Assembly (NCBI GenBank): GCA_963781585.1
Contig: CAWAGQ010000005.1
Location: 64,001 to 128,000, forward strand
Direction: 5' to 3'
Length of the DNA: 64,000 bases
From: an uncultured Gemmatimonadaceae bacterium
Lineage (GTDB): Bacteria > Gemmatimonadota > Gemmatimonadetes > Gemmatimonadales > Gemmatimonadaceae
This document shows, one piece after another, positions 30,100 through 41,030 of the stretch (position 1 is the first letter of the stretch; each line of letters begins with the position of its first letter). Both the position numbers and the translations under genes were made by a program. Below the pieces are notes generated by a model. The model was not told the origin of the DNA. It made no database searches and saw only the letters and a list, made by a program, of their open reading frames with translations.

Positions 30100-32766
30100 T
30101 CATTGCTCGCGAAGCACCACGGCGGGATCCGTCCGGCTGGCGCGGGCGGCCGGAACCAGCGCAGCCACGATGCCCACCACCAGCAGGGCGGTAAGCGAGG
30201 CCAGCATCGCCAATGGGTCGGTGGGACCCACACCATATACAAGGGCGGTGAGGAACCGCGCCACCACCACGAAAGCGATCAGGCCGACCGCGGCGCCGAC
30301 GATCACCAGGAGCGCTCCGCGCGTGACGATGCCCGACACCACCCGCGCCGGTCGCAAGCCGAGCGCGATGCGTATGCCCCAGTCGCGCCGTCGACGCGCG
30401 ACGAAGTGCGACATCACGCCGTAGATCCCGATGGCGCACAGCACCAGTGCCAGGCCGGTGAGAATCGCGGCCAGCATCATCACCTGCCGCACGGGTCCGA
30501 CGGCCCGCTCGAAGACGCGCTCCATGGTCGTTGCCTCGGCAACCGCCGCTCGTGGCGCCTCCCGCTGGATCGTGGCCCGAACGGTCGGCAGCAGCGGTGC
30601 CGGATCCTGGTCGGCCATGGTACGGAAGACGAGTGTCTGCTTGCTCGAAACAAACGCCAGCGTTTCCAGGGGCGAATACCGCACCGGTGCCGGCGCTTCG
30701 GTGAGCGCTCCTTCCGCGACGTTGCCGACCACGCCGACGATGCGCGCCATCGTGGGCTTGAAACCGGCGTTGACGCGGCGTCCCACCGGATTCTCCCCGT
30801 TCAGGAATTTCCTGGCGAAGGCCTCGTTGATCACCACCACGCCGGCCGAGGTGTCGTCCGACACGCGCGGTCCGTCCGCGGTCTCGAGGGCCCTCCCCTG
30901 CCTGACGGGAATCCCCATGGTGGTGAAGTAGTCTGACGAGACGAACCGCACGAACGTCGACGTGCGCGGGAGGTCCCGCTTCCCTTCCACCAGGATGCCT
31001 CCACTCCACCCGCCGCCCCGGAGCGGTAACTGTTGCACGACCGCCGAGCTGGCGACGCCGGAAATACCGCGGACGCCCGCGAGGAGCTCCCGGACTGTCG
31101 CCAGTCGCTCGGGCGCTCGCATCGCATCCGGAAGCACGACGTCCACCACGCCGACGCCGCGGGCGCGGATTCCCGGATCGATGGCGGACAGACGGTTCAC
31201 GCTCCGGAGCAGCACGCCCGCGCCGGCCGTCATGAGCACCGCCAGCGCAACCTGGGCGACAACCAGCAGGCTCTCGAGACGCGCACCGCCGCCGACCACG
31301 CCGCCTGTACGATCGGCGCCGATGGTGTGACGCAGGCGCCCGTGCCAGAGCGCCAGGGCCGGCACGACTGAAATGCCGAGCGCCGAACCCAGGGCCACGA
31401 TCAGCGCGACCGCGAAGACGGTCCAGTCGAGCGACGCCGTCTCGGCCCAGGCGCCGAGCGGCAGCGCGGCAACGATGACGCGAAACGCTGCCCCGGCCAG
31501 AACCGCGCCTACCGCCCCCGACACGACTCCGAGCATCATCCCTTCGGCCACGAGCTGACCCCCCAGCCGCCGGCGATTCGCGCCTAACGCGGAGCGGATG
31601 GCCAGCTCGGTGGCGCGCCCTTCGACCTGACCGAGCATGAGCGCGGCCACGTTGACGCAGGCGATAAGCAGGATCAGGCCCATGGCCGCCAGCGTCGCCA
31701 CCACGGCCGGCCGGAGCGGGCGCACGAAGCCTTCGCGAATGGGTCGGATCCAGGGGTCGCGCGTCTTGTCGAACTGCTGCGTATACCGAAACCGCTCGCC
31801 CAGCATACGCGTGAGCTGGGCGAGCTGGCCGGACAGTCGGTCGAGGCGCTGGCCGGGAGCGGCGCGGCCCACCAGCGAGTAGCTGCCGTTGTCGTCGTTC
31901 GGGTCGACCGCCGCCGGCACCCAGACCCGGATCGTCGGCGTCGGGAACCAGAATCCGCGCGGCATCACGCCGATCACCGCACGATCCACGCCGTCGAGGC
32001 GGACCGTTCGGCCGATAATCGATCGGTCGGCCCCCAGTTCCTGCCAGAGGCCGTAACTCAACACCGCCGTCGCTGCCGCGCCGGGCCGGTCGTCGCCGGT
32101 CTCGAACGTCCGGCCGAACAGCGCGTGGACGCCGAGGACGCTGAAGAGCTCCCACGAAGCAGCGATGCCGGAAACGAGGCGGGACGGGGCGTCTCCCAGC
32201 TCGAGCGTCTCGTCGTCCGTGGTGTACTGCGCCACCCGGGAAAAGCCCGGGAAGTGCCCGCGAAGATACGCGAACTCCTGCGGCGTCCAGGAATACGGTT
32301 TCCAGAAGACGCCGATCGTGCTCTGGTCGTGGAACGGGAGCGGGTCCAGCAGTACGGCGCGGGCGATCCCGAAGACCGCCGCGGTACCGCCGATTCCCAG
32401 GGCCAGGGTCAGGACGGCAACGGTGGCATAGACCGGCCGGCGAACCAGCCGGCGGGCCGCGTATCGCGCGTCGATGAGCCAGCGTTCGAGGAATGGCCCT
32501 CCGGGTCGCACCACGTTTGCCGCCGCCTCGAATCCCGTCCATCCACGCCACCAGCTGCGCCTGACGAGCGCCGGCAGCGATGCTGCGGCCTGCCGCCACC
32601 ACCACAGGCGGGCCCGCCAGGAGCCGTCCCTGGCAACCCGGTCTCCGAATTCGGCAGACAGGTCGGCGAGCACCTCCTCGCGCTCGGCGACCGGGAGGAG
32701 CGCCCGCAGCAGCGCCGCCGGCAGGCGAGGGACCGAACTGGGACGCGGACGGTGAAGATGAGTCAT
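30100..32766 (-). CDS. ADOP-family duplicated ABC permease
   Basis: EREEVLADLSAEF prefix, TLALGIGGTAAVF, LLIACVNV, RTDPAVVLREQ. Confidence 0.92.
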   Translation of the reverse strand: MTHLHRPRPSSVPRLPAALLRALLPVAEREEVLADLSAEFGDRVARDGSWRARLWWWRQAAASLPALVRRSWWRGWTGFEAAANVVRPGGPFLERWLIDARYAARRLVRRPVYATVAVLTLALGIGGTAAVFGIARAVLLDPLPFHDQSTIGVFWKPYSWTPQEFAYLRGHFPGFSRVAQYTTDDETLELGDAPSRLVSGIAASWELFSVLGVHALFGRTFETGDDRPGAAATAVLSYGLWQELGADRSIIGRTVRLDGVDRAVIGVMPRGFWFPTPTIRVWVPAAVDPNDDNGSYSLVGRAAPGQRLDRLSGQLAQLTRMLGERFRYTQQFDKTRDPWIRPIREGFVRPLRPAVVATLAAMGLILLIACVNVAALMLGQVEGRATELAIRSALGANRRRLGGQLVAEGMMLGVVSGAVGAVLAGAAFRVIVAALPLGAWAETASLDWTVFAVALIVALGSALGISVVPALALWHGRLRHTIGADRTGGVVGGGARLESLLVVAQVALAVLMTAGAGVLLRSVNRLSAIDPGIRARGVGVVDVVLPDAMRAPERLATVRELLAGVRGISGVASSAVVQQLPLRGGGWSGGILVEGKRDLPRTSTFVRFVSSDYFTTMGIPVRQGRALETADGPRVSDDTSAGVVVINEAFARKFLNGENPVGRRVNAGFKPTMARIVGVVGNVAEGALTEAPAPVRYSPLETLAFVSSKQTLVFRTMADQDPAPLLPTVRATIQREAPRAAVAEATTMERVFERAVGPVRQVMMLAAILTGLALVLCAIGIYGVMSHFVARRRRDWGIRIALGLRPARVVSGIVTRGALLVIVGAAVGLIAFVVVARFLTALVYGVGPTDPLAMLASLTALLVVGIVAALVPAARASRTDPAVVLREQ

Positions 32767-32768
32767 GA

Positions 32769-32783
32769 TTCTACAATGTAGAA
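32769..32783. promoter_or_regulatory. perfect palindrome, putative PadR operator
   Basis: TTCTACA-A-TGTAGAA, 2 nt upstream of the permease ATG and AT-rich against the background. Confidence 0.7.
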
Positions 32784-32903
32784 ATAGCCGTCGGCTCTGT
32801 CACTGCAAGGCTCGCGGCGTTTCAGTTGGATGGGCGGGGCGCCTGAAATGGTTGGAACGCCGAGGCGGAGCGCGGTCTGAGGCGCCGCAGCCGCGCGAGA
32901 GAC

Positions 32904-33443
32904 CTACCGAAAGACGTCGTCCAGCTCGACCGTCAGCGTCGCCGCGACCCCCTCCACCGTCCACGTGAGCCGGTCACGGGACTCCAGATCATCCCGTCCT
33001 GGGCGCACCGAGGTAATGGCGCGCTGCCCGGGATCCACGATCCAGTACTCGGCGACACCCGCATCCATGTAGAGGTCTCTCTTCTGCATGCGATCGCGGC
33101 GGCGCGTGGAGTCGGAGAGCACCTCTACGATCAGGATGGGCACGGGCCAGTCCTCCCAGGCAATGTCAGGGCCCGGTGGAGGCTGACGTACCATGAGATC
33201 CGGCTCCACCTCAGAGCCCTCGTACCGCACCACCGCGCGGGGGTGGTAGATGAATCCGAGTCCGTGCGTGCGTATGAAGGGTTCGAGGATCCGCGTCAGG
33301 CGCGCGAGTACAGTCTCATGACCCACGGTTGGCGGGGGCGTCACGAACAAGTCGCCCCGCACGAGCTCGTACTTGTTGCCGTCGTCGGGGAGGCTGTGCA
33401 GTTCCTCGAGAGTCCACCTCTTGGTCGTCGTGGCCATGTGCAT
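32904..33443 (-). CDS. Uma2-family (DUF820) restriction-fold endonuclease
   Basis: WTLEELHSLPDDGNKYELVRG...PDLMV...VEVLSDST...GVAEYWIVDP. Confidence 0.92.
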   Translation of the reverse strand: MHMATTTKRWTLEELHSLPDDGNKYELVRGDLFVTPPPTVGHETVLARLTRILEPFIRTHGLGFIYHPRAVVRYEGSEVEPDLMVRQPPPGPDIAWEDWPVPILIVEVLSDSTRRRDRMQKRDLYMDAGVAEYWIVDPGQRAITSVRPGRDDLESRDRLTWTVEGVAATLTVELDDVFR

Positions 33444-33608
33444 GACGCCTGCCTCCTCGGCCGATTGCCACACGCGCGCATGCGCCGAGGGTAGCAGCGC
33501 GCCGGCAGGTCACCCGCATCGTTCCACCGCAACTCGCATCATCACGCTGCGCGATCGGGCCGCAGGCGAGCCCCATGCCGAGGGTACGCTCGGCCGCACC
33601 GCCGAGTC

Positions 33609-33794
33609 AAGGCACGCGCCGTGTATCGCTGGACGCTCACCGGGACAAACACCGGCGCCGAAGGCGACGGCAGGCGGGTTCGGATCAGCGGGTACGAGAA
33701 ATGGACGATGGGCCCGGACGGCCTGATCAGGGAGTCCATGGGACACTTTGACGATGCCGAGTACCGGCGGCAGTTGAAGGCGCGCTCGCCGTAG
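33609..33794 (+). pseudogene. C-terminal fragment of a SnoaL-like ester cyclase
   Basis: RAVYRWTLTGTNTG...RRVRISGYEKWTMGPDGLIRESMGHFDDAEYRRQL*. I found no plausible in-frame N-terminal half. Confidence 0.65.
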
Positions 33795-33891
33795 CCGGTC
33801 TGACAGCACCGCCGCTCCTCGCCATGTGCGCCTCCGTGTGCTACCGTGAAAGCCGTTGGAGCCCATCCCCCCAGGTTCACAGGAGAGCCCC

Positions 33892-34101
33892 ATGGACGAC
33901 GCAACGCGCGCCAGCACCGGCACGAGGCGCTCGAACGGCGCCATCGCGCTGAGCATCATTGGATCCGGCCTGGCCGGCGTGATCGCGATGCTGGCGGTGA
34001 TCCCGGCCTGGTTCGCCCACGACTGGACGGCCGTCGGCGTTCTCACGGGAGCGGCGGGACTTTCGTTCGGACTGCTCGCCAACGCGCTCCTGCGGCAGTG
34101 A
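33892..34101 (+). CDS. small two-TM membrane protein
   Basis: AGGAG RBS, 69 aa, two hydrophobic helices. Confidence 0.7.
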   Translation: MDDATRASTGTRRSNGAIALSIIGSGLAGVIAMLAVIPAWFAHDWTAVGVLTGAAGLSFGLLANALLRQ

Positions 34102-34268
34102 TGCTCGTCGCGGTACATCGGCGGAGGAGCGGGGCGGGAGGCGTCACGCGGGGCGCACCGCGCCTCTCTCCTGTGCGCCCCAGGCAGGAACAAGGGTCCG
34201 ATGGGGATGCGATCCGTCGCCCACCATTGATTCACATCCACCACCGTCATCTCCCCCGGAGCATCAAG

Positions 34269-35914
34269 ATGAATTCGCGTCGTTCGTTGCGTGCCATGAA
34301 GTCTTCCCTTCTTGCCGCCTTCAGCTCGGCGGTGCTCGTGCTCCCCGCACTTGCGCAGGGTGCCGGCACCGATCCGCGGCTCGAGAAGCTCAAGGCCGAG
34401 GCGCTCACCAGGGTCGACGCGCGTGCCAAGTTGATTCAGGAGATGGTCGACGAGGTCTTCTCGTTCGGCGAGCTCGGGTTCCAGGAGTTCGAGACGTCGA
34501 AGTACCTCACGGGCATCCTCGAGCAGAACGGCTTCACGGTGGAGCGCGGCGTGGCCGGCATTCCCACGGCGTGGGTCGCGCGCTGGGGCTCCGGCAAGCC
34601 GGTGATCTCGCTCGGATCGGACCTCGACGACATTCCGCAGGCGAGCCAGAAACCGGCCGTCGGTTACCACGACCCGATGATCGCCGGTGCGCCGGGGCAC
34701 GGTGAGGGACACAACTCCGGCCAGGCGGTGAACATCGCGGCGGCGCTGGTGGTGAAGGAGATCATGGGGCGCGAGAAGATCCCGGGCACGCTGGTGCTCT
34801 GGCCCGGGGTTGCCGAGGAGCAGCTCGGGTCGAAGGCGTATCTCGTTCGCGCCGGCGTCTTCAAGGACGTGGACGTGACGCTCTTCTCCCACGTGGACAG
34901 CAACCTCGGCGTCTCGGCGGGTCCGTCGGGCCAGCTCGCGCTGCTGTCGGCGCTGTTCAAGTTCCGCGGTCAGACGGCGCACGCCGCGGCGGCACCGTGG
35001 CGCGGGAAGTCGGCGCTCGACGCGGTGATGTTGATGGCCCAGGGGTGGGAGTTCCACCGGGAGCACATGGAACCGGTCCAGCGGTCGCACTACGTGATTC
35101 CCGATGGGGGCGATCAGCCTAACGTGGTTCCGGCGACGGCGTCCATCTGGTTCTACTTCCGCAACGTCGACTACCAGGGCGTCGAGGAGATGTTCGCGGC
35201 CGCCAGGGACATGGCCAGGGGTGCGGCCCTGATGACCGGTGCGCAGCTCGATACAGTCATCATCCTCGGCTCAGCGTGGAACGGGTGGTTCAACCGGACC
35301 ATCGCGCAGACGATGCAGAAGAACATCGAGCGCGTGGGAATGCCCTGCGTGGGACGCAAACGATGAGGCGATGGCGCGGGGGCTGCAGCGCGAGCTCGGC
35401 GTGCGCGAGTCAGGATTGGCGACCCAGGTGAACCAGCTGCGCGACGCCACGCCCACCGGTGGACGCGGTGGCCGGGGCGGTGGTGGGGGCGGCGGGGGCT
35501 CCGACGACATCGGCGATGTGTCGTGGACCGTGCCGACCGTCACGCTGCGGTATCCGTCCAACATCCCCGGTGGACCGGGGCACAACTGGGCGAACGCGAT
35601 CTCGATGGCGACGCCGATCGCCCACAAGGGCGCGGTGGCGGGGGCCAAGGTCCAGGCACTCACGCATGCTCGACATCCTGCTCACGCCGAAGGTCGTGGC
35701 AGACGCGTGGGACTACTTCCGCAACGTCCAGACGAAGGACATCAAGTACACGCCGTTCATCGGGCCGAACGACCAGCCGGCGATCTGGCTCAACGCCGAG
35801 ATCATGGCGAAGTACCGGCCGGAGATGAAGAAGTACTACTACGATCCGGCGAAGTACAAAACGTATCTGGAGCAATTGGGGATCACGTATCCGACGCTGA
35901 GGTCGATCCAATAG
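34269..35914 (+). CDS. secreted M20 amidohydrolase (AbgB-like); frameshifts near 35348 and 35664
   Basis: ELGFQEFETS, GHGEGHN, PGVAEE, GSDDIGDVSW, GHNW spread over three frames. Confidence 0.88.
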
Positions 35915-36030
35915 ACAGCGGACAGCAGACATTCAGCGCATCGCACTCAGCACTCAGCACTCAATCGCTCAGCACTCAGCACTCCATCGCTCAACACTCA
36001 ACACCCAACACCCAACACCCAACACTCAAC
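35915..36030 (+). repeat. heptamer tandem array (CAGCACT/CAACACC)
   Basis: About 16 degenerate 7-nt units fill the intergenic gap. Confidence 0.85.
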
Positions 36031-36035
36031 AGACA

Positions 36036-37548
36036 TTGCCTCTTCGCGCCTCCCTGCACCAGAACCCGCTCGACATCACGCCGGATGAGTTCCGGCGATT
36101 GGGCCACGCAGTCGTCGACGACCTCGCGGACTTCCTCGACGCCCTGCCGCACCGTCAGGTGACCTCCGGCGCATTCCCGGCGGCCGTCCGCGCCGCACTC
36201 GGCGGTGACGGACTCCCCGAGCATGGGGCCGATCCGGGCGATCTGCTCCGCGAGGCCACACGGCTGCTGGTGAGGGACTCCCTCTTCAACGGACATCCGC
36301 GGTTCCTGGGCTTCATCACCTCATCGGCGTCACCCACTCGGCGCCCTGGCCGACCTGCTCGCCGCCGCGATCAATCCGAACGTTGGCGGCTATGTCCTTT
36401 CCCCCGTGGCTACCGAAATCGAAGCCCAGGCGATACGGTGGATCGCCGAGTTGTTAGGCTATCCCGCATCGTGCGGCGGCCTGTTCGTGAGCGGCGGCAA
36501 CATGGCGAACTTCGTAGCCTTCCTCGCCGCGCGGCGCGCGAAGGCGCCGTGGGACGTTCGCGCGCTGGGGCTCCGTGGTGGCGAGCGCCAGCTCATCGCC
36601 TACGCCTCGAAGGAAACGCATACCTGGTTCCAGAAGGCGGCCGACCTCTTCGGACTCGGCCTCGAAGCCATCCGCTGGATTGCCGTGGACGACCAGCAGC
36701 GCATGGATGTCTCCGAACTCGAGCGTCAGGTCGCGGCCGATCGTCAGGCGGGCACGTTCCCGTTTCTGGTGGTGGGCACCGCCGGCACGGTGAGCACCGG
36801 CGCCGTCGATCCGCTGCGCGAGATCGCCTCCGTCTGCCGGACACACGACCTCTGGTTTCACGTCGACGGCGCATACGGGGCGCCGGCGGCGGCGCTGTCC
36901 GAGGCGCCCGACGATCTCAAGGCGCTGTCGCTGGCGGACTCGGTGGCGGTCGATCCTCACAAGTGGCTCTACGCGCCGATCGAAGCAGGGTGCACGCTGG
37001 TGCGCGACCCGCAGCATCTCATGGATGCGTTCAGTTTTCATCCCGAGTACTACCACTTCGCCGATATGGAGGGCGAGCAGCCGCGCAACTATCACGAGTA
37101 CGGGCCACAGAATTCGCGCGGATTCCGCGCGCTCAAAGTGTGGCTGGGGTTGCGCCAGGCGGGTCGGGCCGGACACACGCGGCTCGTTCGCGAAGACATC
37201 GCCCTGGCACGGCAGCTGTTCGACGAGGTCCGGAAGACGCCCGAGCTCGAGGCGCTCACCCACAACCTCAGCATCACCACATTCCGCTACGTGCCTCCGG
37301 ATGGTGCGGCGTCAGGTTCTGAATCTCGGGAATACCTCAACGAACTGAACGCGGCGATTCTCGAGCGGCTGCAGGCCGAGGGGGAGGTGTTCGTCTCGAA
37401 TGCGCTGATCGACGGGGCGTTCGTGCTGCGCGCGTGCGTGGTGAACTTCCGGACGACGCGGAGCGACATCGAAGCCATCCCGGGCATCGTAGTGCGCGTG
37501 GGACGCGAGGTCGCGGCCAGCCTGAGTGCGCATAGGCCAGCGGACTGA
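36036..37548 (+). CDS. PLP-dependent group II (aromatic amino acid-type) decarboxylase; frameshift near 36338
   Basis: EFRRLGHAVVD, HPRFLGFI, SGGNMAN, GTVSTGAVDPL, HVDGAYG, DPHKWLY. Confidence 0.92.
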
Positions 37549-37602
37549 GGCGGGTCGGTCGACTGAGGGGGAGAGCAACCCTCTTCGCCGGAGCGGACTT
37601 AG

Positions 37603-37651
37603 CCTTTGACCTTTGGCCTTTGACCTTTGGCCTTTGACCTTTGGCCTTTGA
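37603..37651 (+). repeat. heptamer tandem array CCTTTGR x7
   Basis: Alternating CCTTTGA/CCTTTGG. Confidence 0.92.
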
Positions 37652-37701
37652 CCCCGGCCTTCGCCTTCCCCACATCAAACGCTTTCCGTCGAGGCGGTGT
37701 C

Positions 37702-37729
37702 TATTATCCCGACAATGTCAGTGAAATAG
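37702..37729 (+). promoter_or_regulatory. putative -10 and PadR operator
   Basis: TATTAT (37702) followed by the GACA-A-TGTC palindrome (37711-37719), which shares the ACAATGT core with 32769. Confidence 0.55.
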
Positions 37730-37843
37730 CTTTGGCCTTTGACCTTTGGCCTTTGACCTTTGGCCTTTGACCTTTGGCCTTTGGCCTTTGGCCTTTGTTT
37801 GACCTTTGGCCTTTGGCCTTTGGCCTTTGGCCTTTGACCCTGG
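37730..37843 (+). repeat. heptamer tandem array CCTTTGR, about 16 units, in the padR leader
   Basis: CCTTTGG/CCTTTGA units run to within about 11 nt of the padR ATG. Confidence 0.92.
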
Positions 37844-37854
37844 ACTCTCGCCCC

Positions 37855-38181
37855 ATGCCCCAGTCCCTCGGTGAATTCGAGCAGCTCGTGCTTCTCGCCC
37901 TCGCCCGGCTGGACGATGAAGCCTACGGCGTCACGGTGCAGCAGGAGATCACGCGACACGCACGCCGCGAGGTCGGACTCGGCAGTGTCTACAAGACCCT
38001 CAGCCGACTCGAGGACAAGGGAATGGTCGAGTCCTGGGCCGGCGAGCCTTCGCCCGTGCGCGGTGGACGGCGCAAGAAACACTATCACCTCCTCCCTGCG
38101 GGATCCCGCGAGCTCCAGCGGTCACTGGCCGCGCTCCGGGGCATGACGCGCGGTCTCACGCCACGGCTGGAGCTGCGATGA
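37855..38181 (+). CDS. PadR-family transcriptional regulator
   Basis: SLGEFEQLVLLAL...AYGVTVQQEI...GSVYKTLSRLEDKG...RGGRRKKHY. Confidence 0.93.
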   Translation: MPQSLGEFEQLVLLALARLDDEAYGVTVQQEITRHARREVGLGSVYKTLSRLEDKGMVESWAGEPSPVRGGRRKKHYHLLPAGSRELQRSLAALRGMTRGLTPRLELR

Positions 38182-40934
38182 CGGACTATCCCCGGGATCG
38201 CACGCCGGATCCGGCGGGTGGTCAATTGCATCCAACGAATACCCGTCCGATTCCCGACGAACACGCCGCCACCGATCCGGCGCGGCCCGGTCATGGTCTG
38301 CCGCCGAGGCTCGCGGTGTCCCTCGTCGTGCACCGCGTCCCCGACCGCGATCGCGAGTTCCTTCTCGGCGACCTCGAGGAAGCCTTTCACCATCGGGTGA
38401 GCGCAGTCGGCCGGCGACGGGCCCGACGCTGGTTCTGGCGCGAGGCCCTTCGGATGCTCCTCTCCCCCTGGCCATCACCTCGGGCGCCTCGCGTGCCTGA
38501 CGCTCCACAGGAGACCGGTATGCGCTCGCTCCTCAGTGATCTGCGATTCGCCGTCCGCACCATCGCTCGCACGCCCGGCGTGAGCGCGCTCATCGTACTC
38601 ACGCTGGCGCTCGGCATTGGCGCGGCGAGCGGCATCTTCAGCATCGTCTATCCGGCGCTGTTCGAGCTCCCCGGCCTGCGCGAGCCCTCCCGGGTGGTGC
38701 TCCTCTGGGAGCGCGAGCGCGCGGGTACCGAGAGCAACGTCGGCTACCTCACCTTCACCGACCTCCAGCGCGAGACGAAAAGCCTCGAGTCAGCCGCTGC
38801 GATGAGCTATTGGCAGCCGATCATTCGGGGAGGCATCGAGCCTGAGCGCCTCGACGGCCAACGCGTCACCGCCCGGTTCTTCCACGTGCTCGGCGTCCAG
38901 CCGTTGTTAGGCAGGGACTTCACGCCGGAGGAGGACCGGAACGGCGCCAACCGCGTCCTCATCCTGACCTACGGCCTCTGGCAACGCCGCTTCGCGGGCG
39001 ACAGTGGCATCATCGGCCGGACGGTCCCCCTCGGCGACACGCCCTATACCGTGGTCGGCGTGCTTCCACCGGACTTCGAGAGCGTTCTCGCCCCCGGCTC
39101 GGAGGTCTTCGGGCCGCTGGGATATGACGCTTCGCTCCCCTACGCCTGCCGGAGCTGTCGCCACCTTCGCGTGGTCGCCCGCGTCCGTGACGGCTTCACG
39201 ATTGCGAGCGCCGAGCGCGAGCTGAGTGCGCTGATGCCCGCGATCATCGCGCAAGCGCCGCGGGACTACGACGACAACGGCGTTTCGCTCGTCCCGCTGC
39301 ACGACTACATGACTCGCATGGCCAGGCCGGCGCTCCTGGCACTGGTGGGAGCCGTCGGGTTCGTCTTGCTGATCGCGTGCGCGAATGCCGCCAATCTCAT
39401 CCTGGGGCGCACGATTCGTCGTGAGTCGGAGTTCGCGGTGCGCACGGCGCTCGGCGCCGGCCGACGCCGCCTGGTTCGACTGATCCTGAGTGAGAGTCTG
39501 GTGCTGGCCCTGGTCGCGGGGGCGCTTGGGGCGGTTCTCGCGGTCGTGGGAGTACGCCTCTTCCTTCGATTCCAGCCCGCAGGCATACCCCGAATCGAGC
39601 ACATTCGCGTCAACGGAGTCGTGCTCGCGTTCACCTTCCTGGTGGCGATGCTGACGGGGCTGGCGGCAAGTCTGCTGCCTGCGATCGCGACGGCCCGCAG
39701 CGATCTGCACGGGTTGCTGAAGGCCGGCGCGCGTGGATTGTCGCAGGGGGTGCGGCATCGTCTCCGGGCGACGCTGGTGATCACCGAAGTCGCGCTCGCC
39801 GTCACGTTGCTCGCCGGCGCGACCCTGCTGTTCGAGAGTCTCAGCCGGCTCCTGGCCGTCAATGCCGGCTTCGACATGCGCAACCGCCTGACGATGGAGG
39901 TACAGGTCTCCGGTTCGAAGTACAGTGACAACGCCGTGGTTCAGCAGTTCTTCCACGACGCCATGGATGCCGTCCGCGCGGTTCCCGGGGTGCTGGCGGT
40001 GGGAGCGGCGAGTGAGCTCCCACTGGGCGGCAACGTCGACATGTACGGCGTGCACAGTGACGTGAACCCGGACCCCGCTTCCGAGCGGGATCCGGCTGCC
40101 CTTCGCTACACCATGACCGCCGACTTCCTTCAGGCGATGGGCATCCCCCTGCTGCGGGGGCGCACGGTCACGGCCGACGAGGTGCGTCGATCAGACCGCG
40201 TCGTGCTGATCAACCGGGCAATGGGACAGCGGCTGTACGGTTCGGCCGATCCGCTTGGCCACCGCATTCACATCGGTGGTCCGGACAGTCCCTGGCTGAC
40301 GATCGTGGGGGAGGTGGGGAACGTGCATCATCGCGGCCTCGACTCCGGTGACGAGCTGCAGATGTACCTGCCGTTCGGCCAGCCCTACACCGACGGTGGC
40401 ATGTCGTTCGTGGTGAAGACGGCGGCCGATCCCGCCTCCTTTCCCGCGGCGGTCCGGCGTGCGATCTGGTCGGTGGATCCCAACGTGGCGATCGAAAAGG
40501 TGGCGACGATGGAATCGCTGCTGGCGCAATCGACGTCGCAGCGCCGGCTCGCGCTGACGACGTTCGGGGTATTCGCGCTGATCGCGCTGGCGCTGGCCGC
40601 GGCCGGCATCTTCGGCGTGCTGGCCACGTCGGTCGCCGAGCGCACCCGGGAGATCGGCGTCCGCACCGCGTTAGGCGCTCCGCAGTCGCGGATCCTCGGC
40701 ATGGTGGTGCGGCAGGGACTGCGCCTCACGACGGTGGGACTGGTGCTGGGCATCGGCGGGGCGCAGGCGGCCGGCCGGCTGATCGAGCGGCTGCTGTTCG
40801 GCGTGCGCCCGCACGATCCGCTGGTGCTCCTGCTGGTCAGCGCCGTGCTGGGCGTGATTGCGATGGTGGCGTGTGCGATCCCCGCGCTGCGTGCCTCACG
40901 CGTCGATCCGGTGATCGCCCTGCGGGACAGTTAG
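38178..40934 (+). CDS. ADOP-family duplicated ABC permease
   Basis: ATGA overlap with padR, DREFLLGDLEE prefix, TLALGIGAASGIF, LLIACANA, RVDPVIALRDS. Confidence 0.93.
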   Translation: MTDYPRDRTPDPAGGQLHPTNTRPIPDEHAATDPARPGHGLPPRLAVSLVVHRVPDRDREFLLGDLEEAFHHRVSAVGRRRARRWFWREALRMLLSPWPSPRAPRVPDAPQETGMRSLLSDLRFAVRTIARTPGVSALIVLTLALGIGAASGIFSIVYPALFELPGLREPSRVVLLWERERAGTESNVGYLTFTDLQRETKSLESAAAMSYWQPIIRGGIEPERLDGQRVTARFFHVLGVQPLLGRDFTPEEDRNGANRVLILTYGLWQRRFAGDSGIIGRTVPLGDTPYTVVGVLPPDFESVLAPGSEVFGPLGYDASLPYACRSCRHLRVVARVRDGFTIASAERELSALMPAIIAQAPRDYDDNGVSLVPLHDYMTRMARPALLALVGAVGFVLLIACANAANLILGRTIRRESEFAVRTALGAGRRRLVRLILSESLVLALVAGALGAVLAVVGVRLFLRFQPAGIPRIEHIRVNGVVLAFTFLVAMLTGLAASLLPAIATARSDLHGLLKAGARGLSQGVRHRLRATLVITEVALAVTLLAGATLLFESLSRLLAVNAGFDMRNRLTMEVQVSGSKYSDNAVVQQFFHDAMDAVRAVPGVLAVGAASELPLGGNVDMYGVHSDVNPDPASERDPAALRYTMTADFLQAMGIPLLRGRTVTADEVRRSDRVVLINRAMGQRLYGSADPLGHRIHIGGPDSPWLTIVGEVGNVHHRGLDSGDELQMYLPFGQPYTDGGMSFVVKTAADPASFPAAVRRAIWSVDPNVAIEKVATMESLLAQSTSQRRLALTTFGVFALIALALAAAGIFGVLATSVAERTREIGVRTALGAPQSRILGMVVRQGLRLTTVGLVLGIGGAQAAGRLIERLLFGVRPHDPLVLLLVSAVLGVIAMVACAIPALRASRVDPVIALRDS

Positions 40935-41030
40935 GTCTCAGGCCACAGGCCAAAAACCAGACAGCGTCCATCGAGCGGGCCGCGGGGCGGCGGATGACCG
41001 ACGCCCTCAGACTGGCGAGTCGGTGTTGTG

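Noticed and set aside
32904..33443. Uma2 gene as a defence system
   Set aside because: Stand-alone member of a commonly expanded family with no partner genes nearby.
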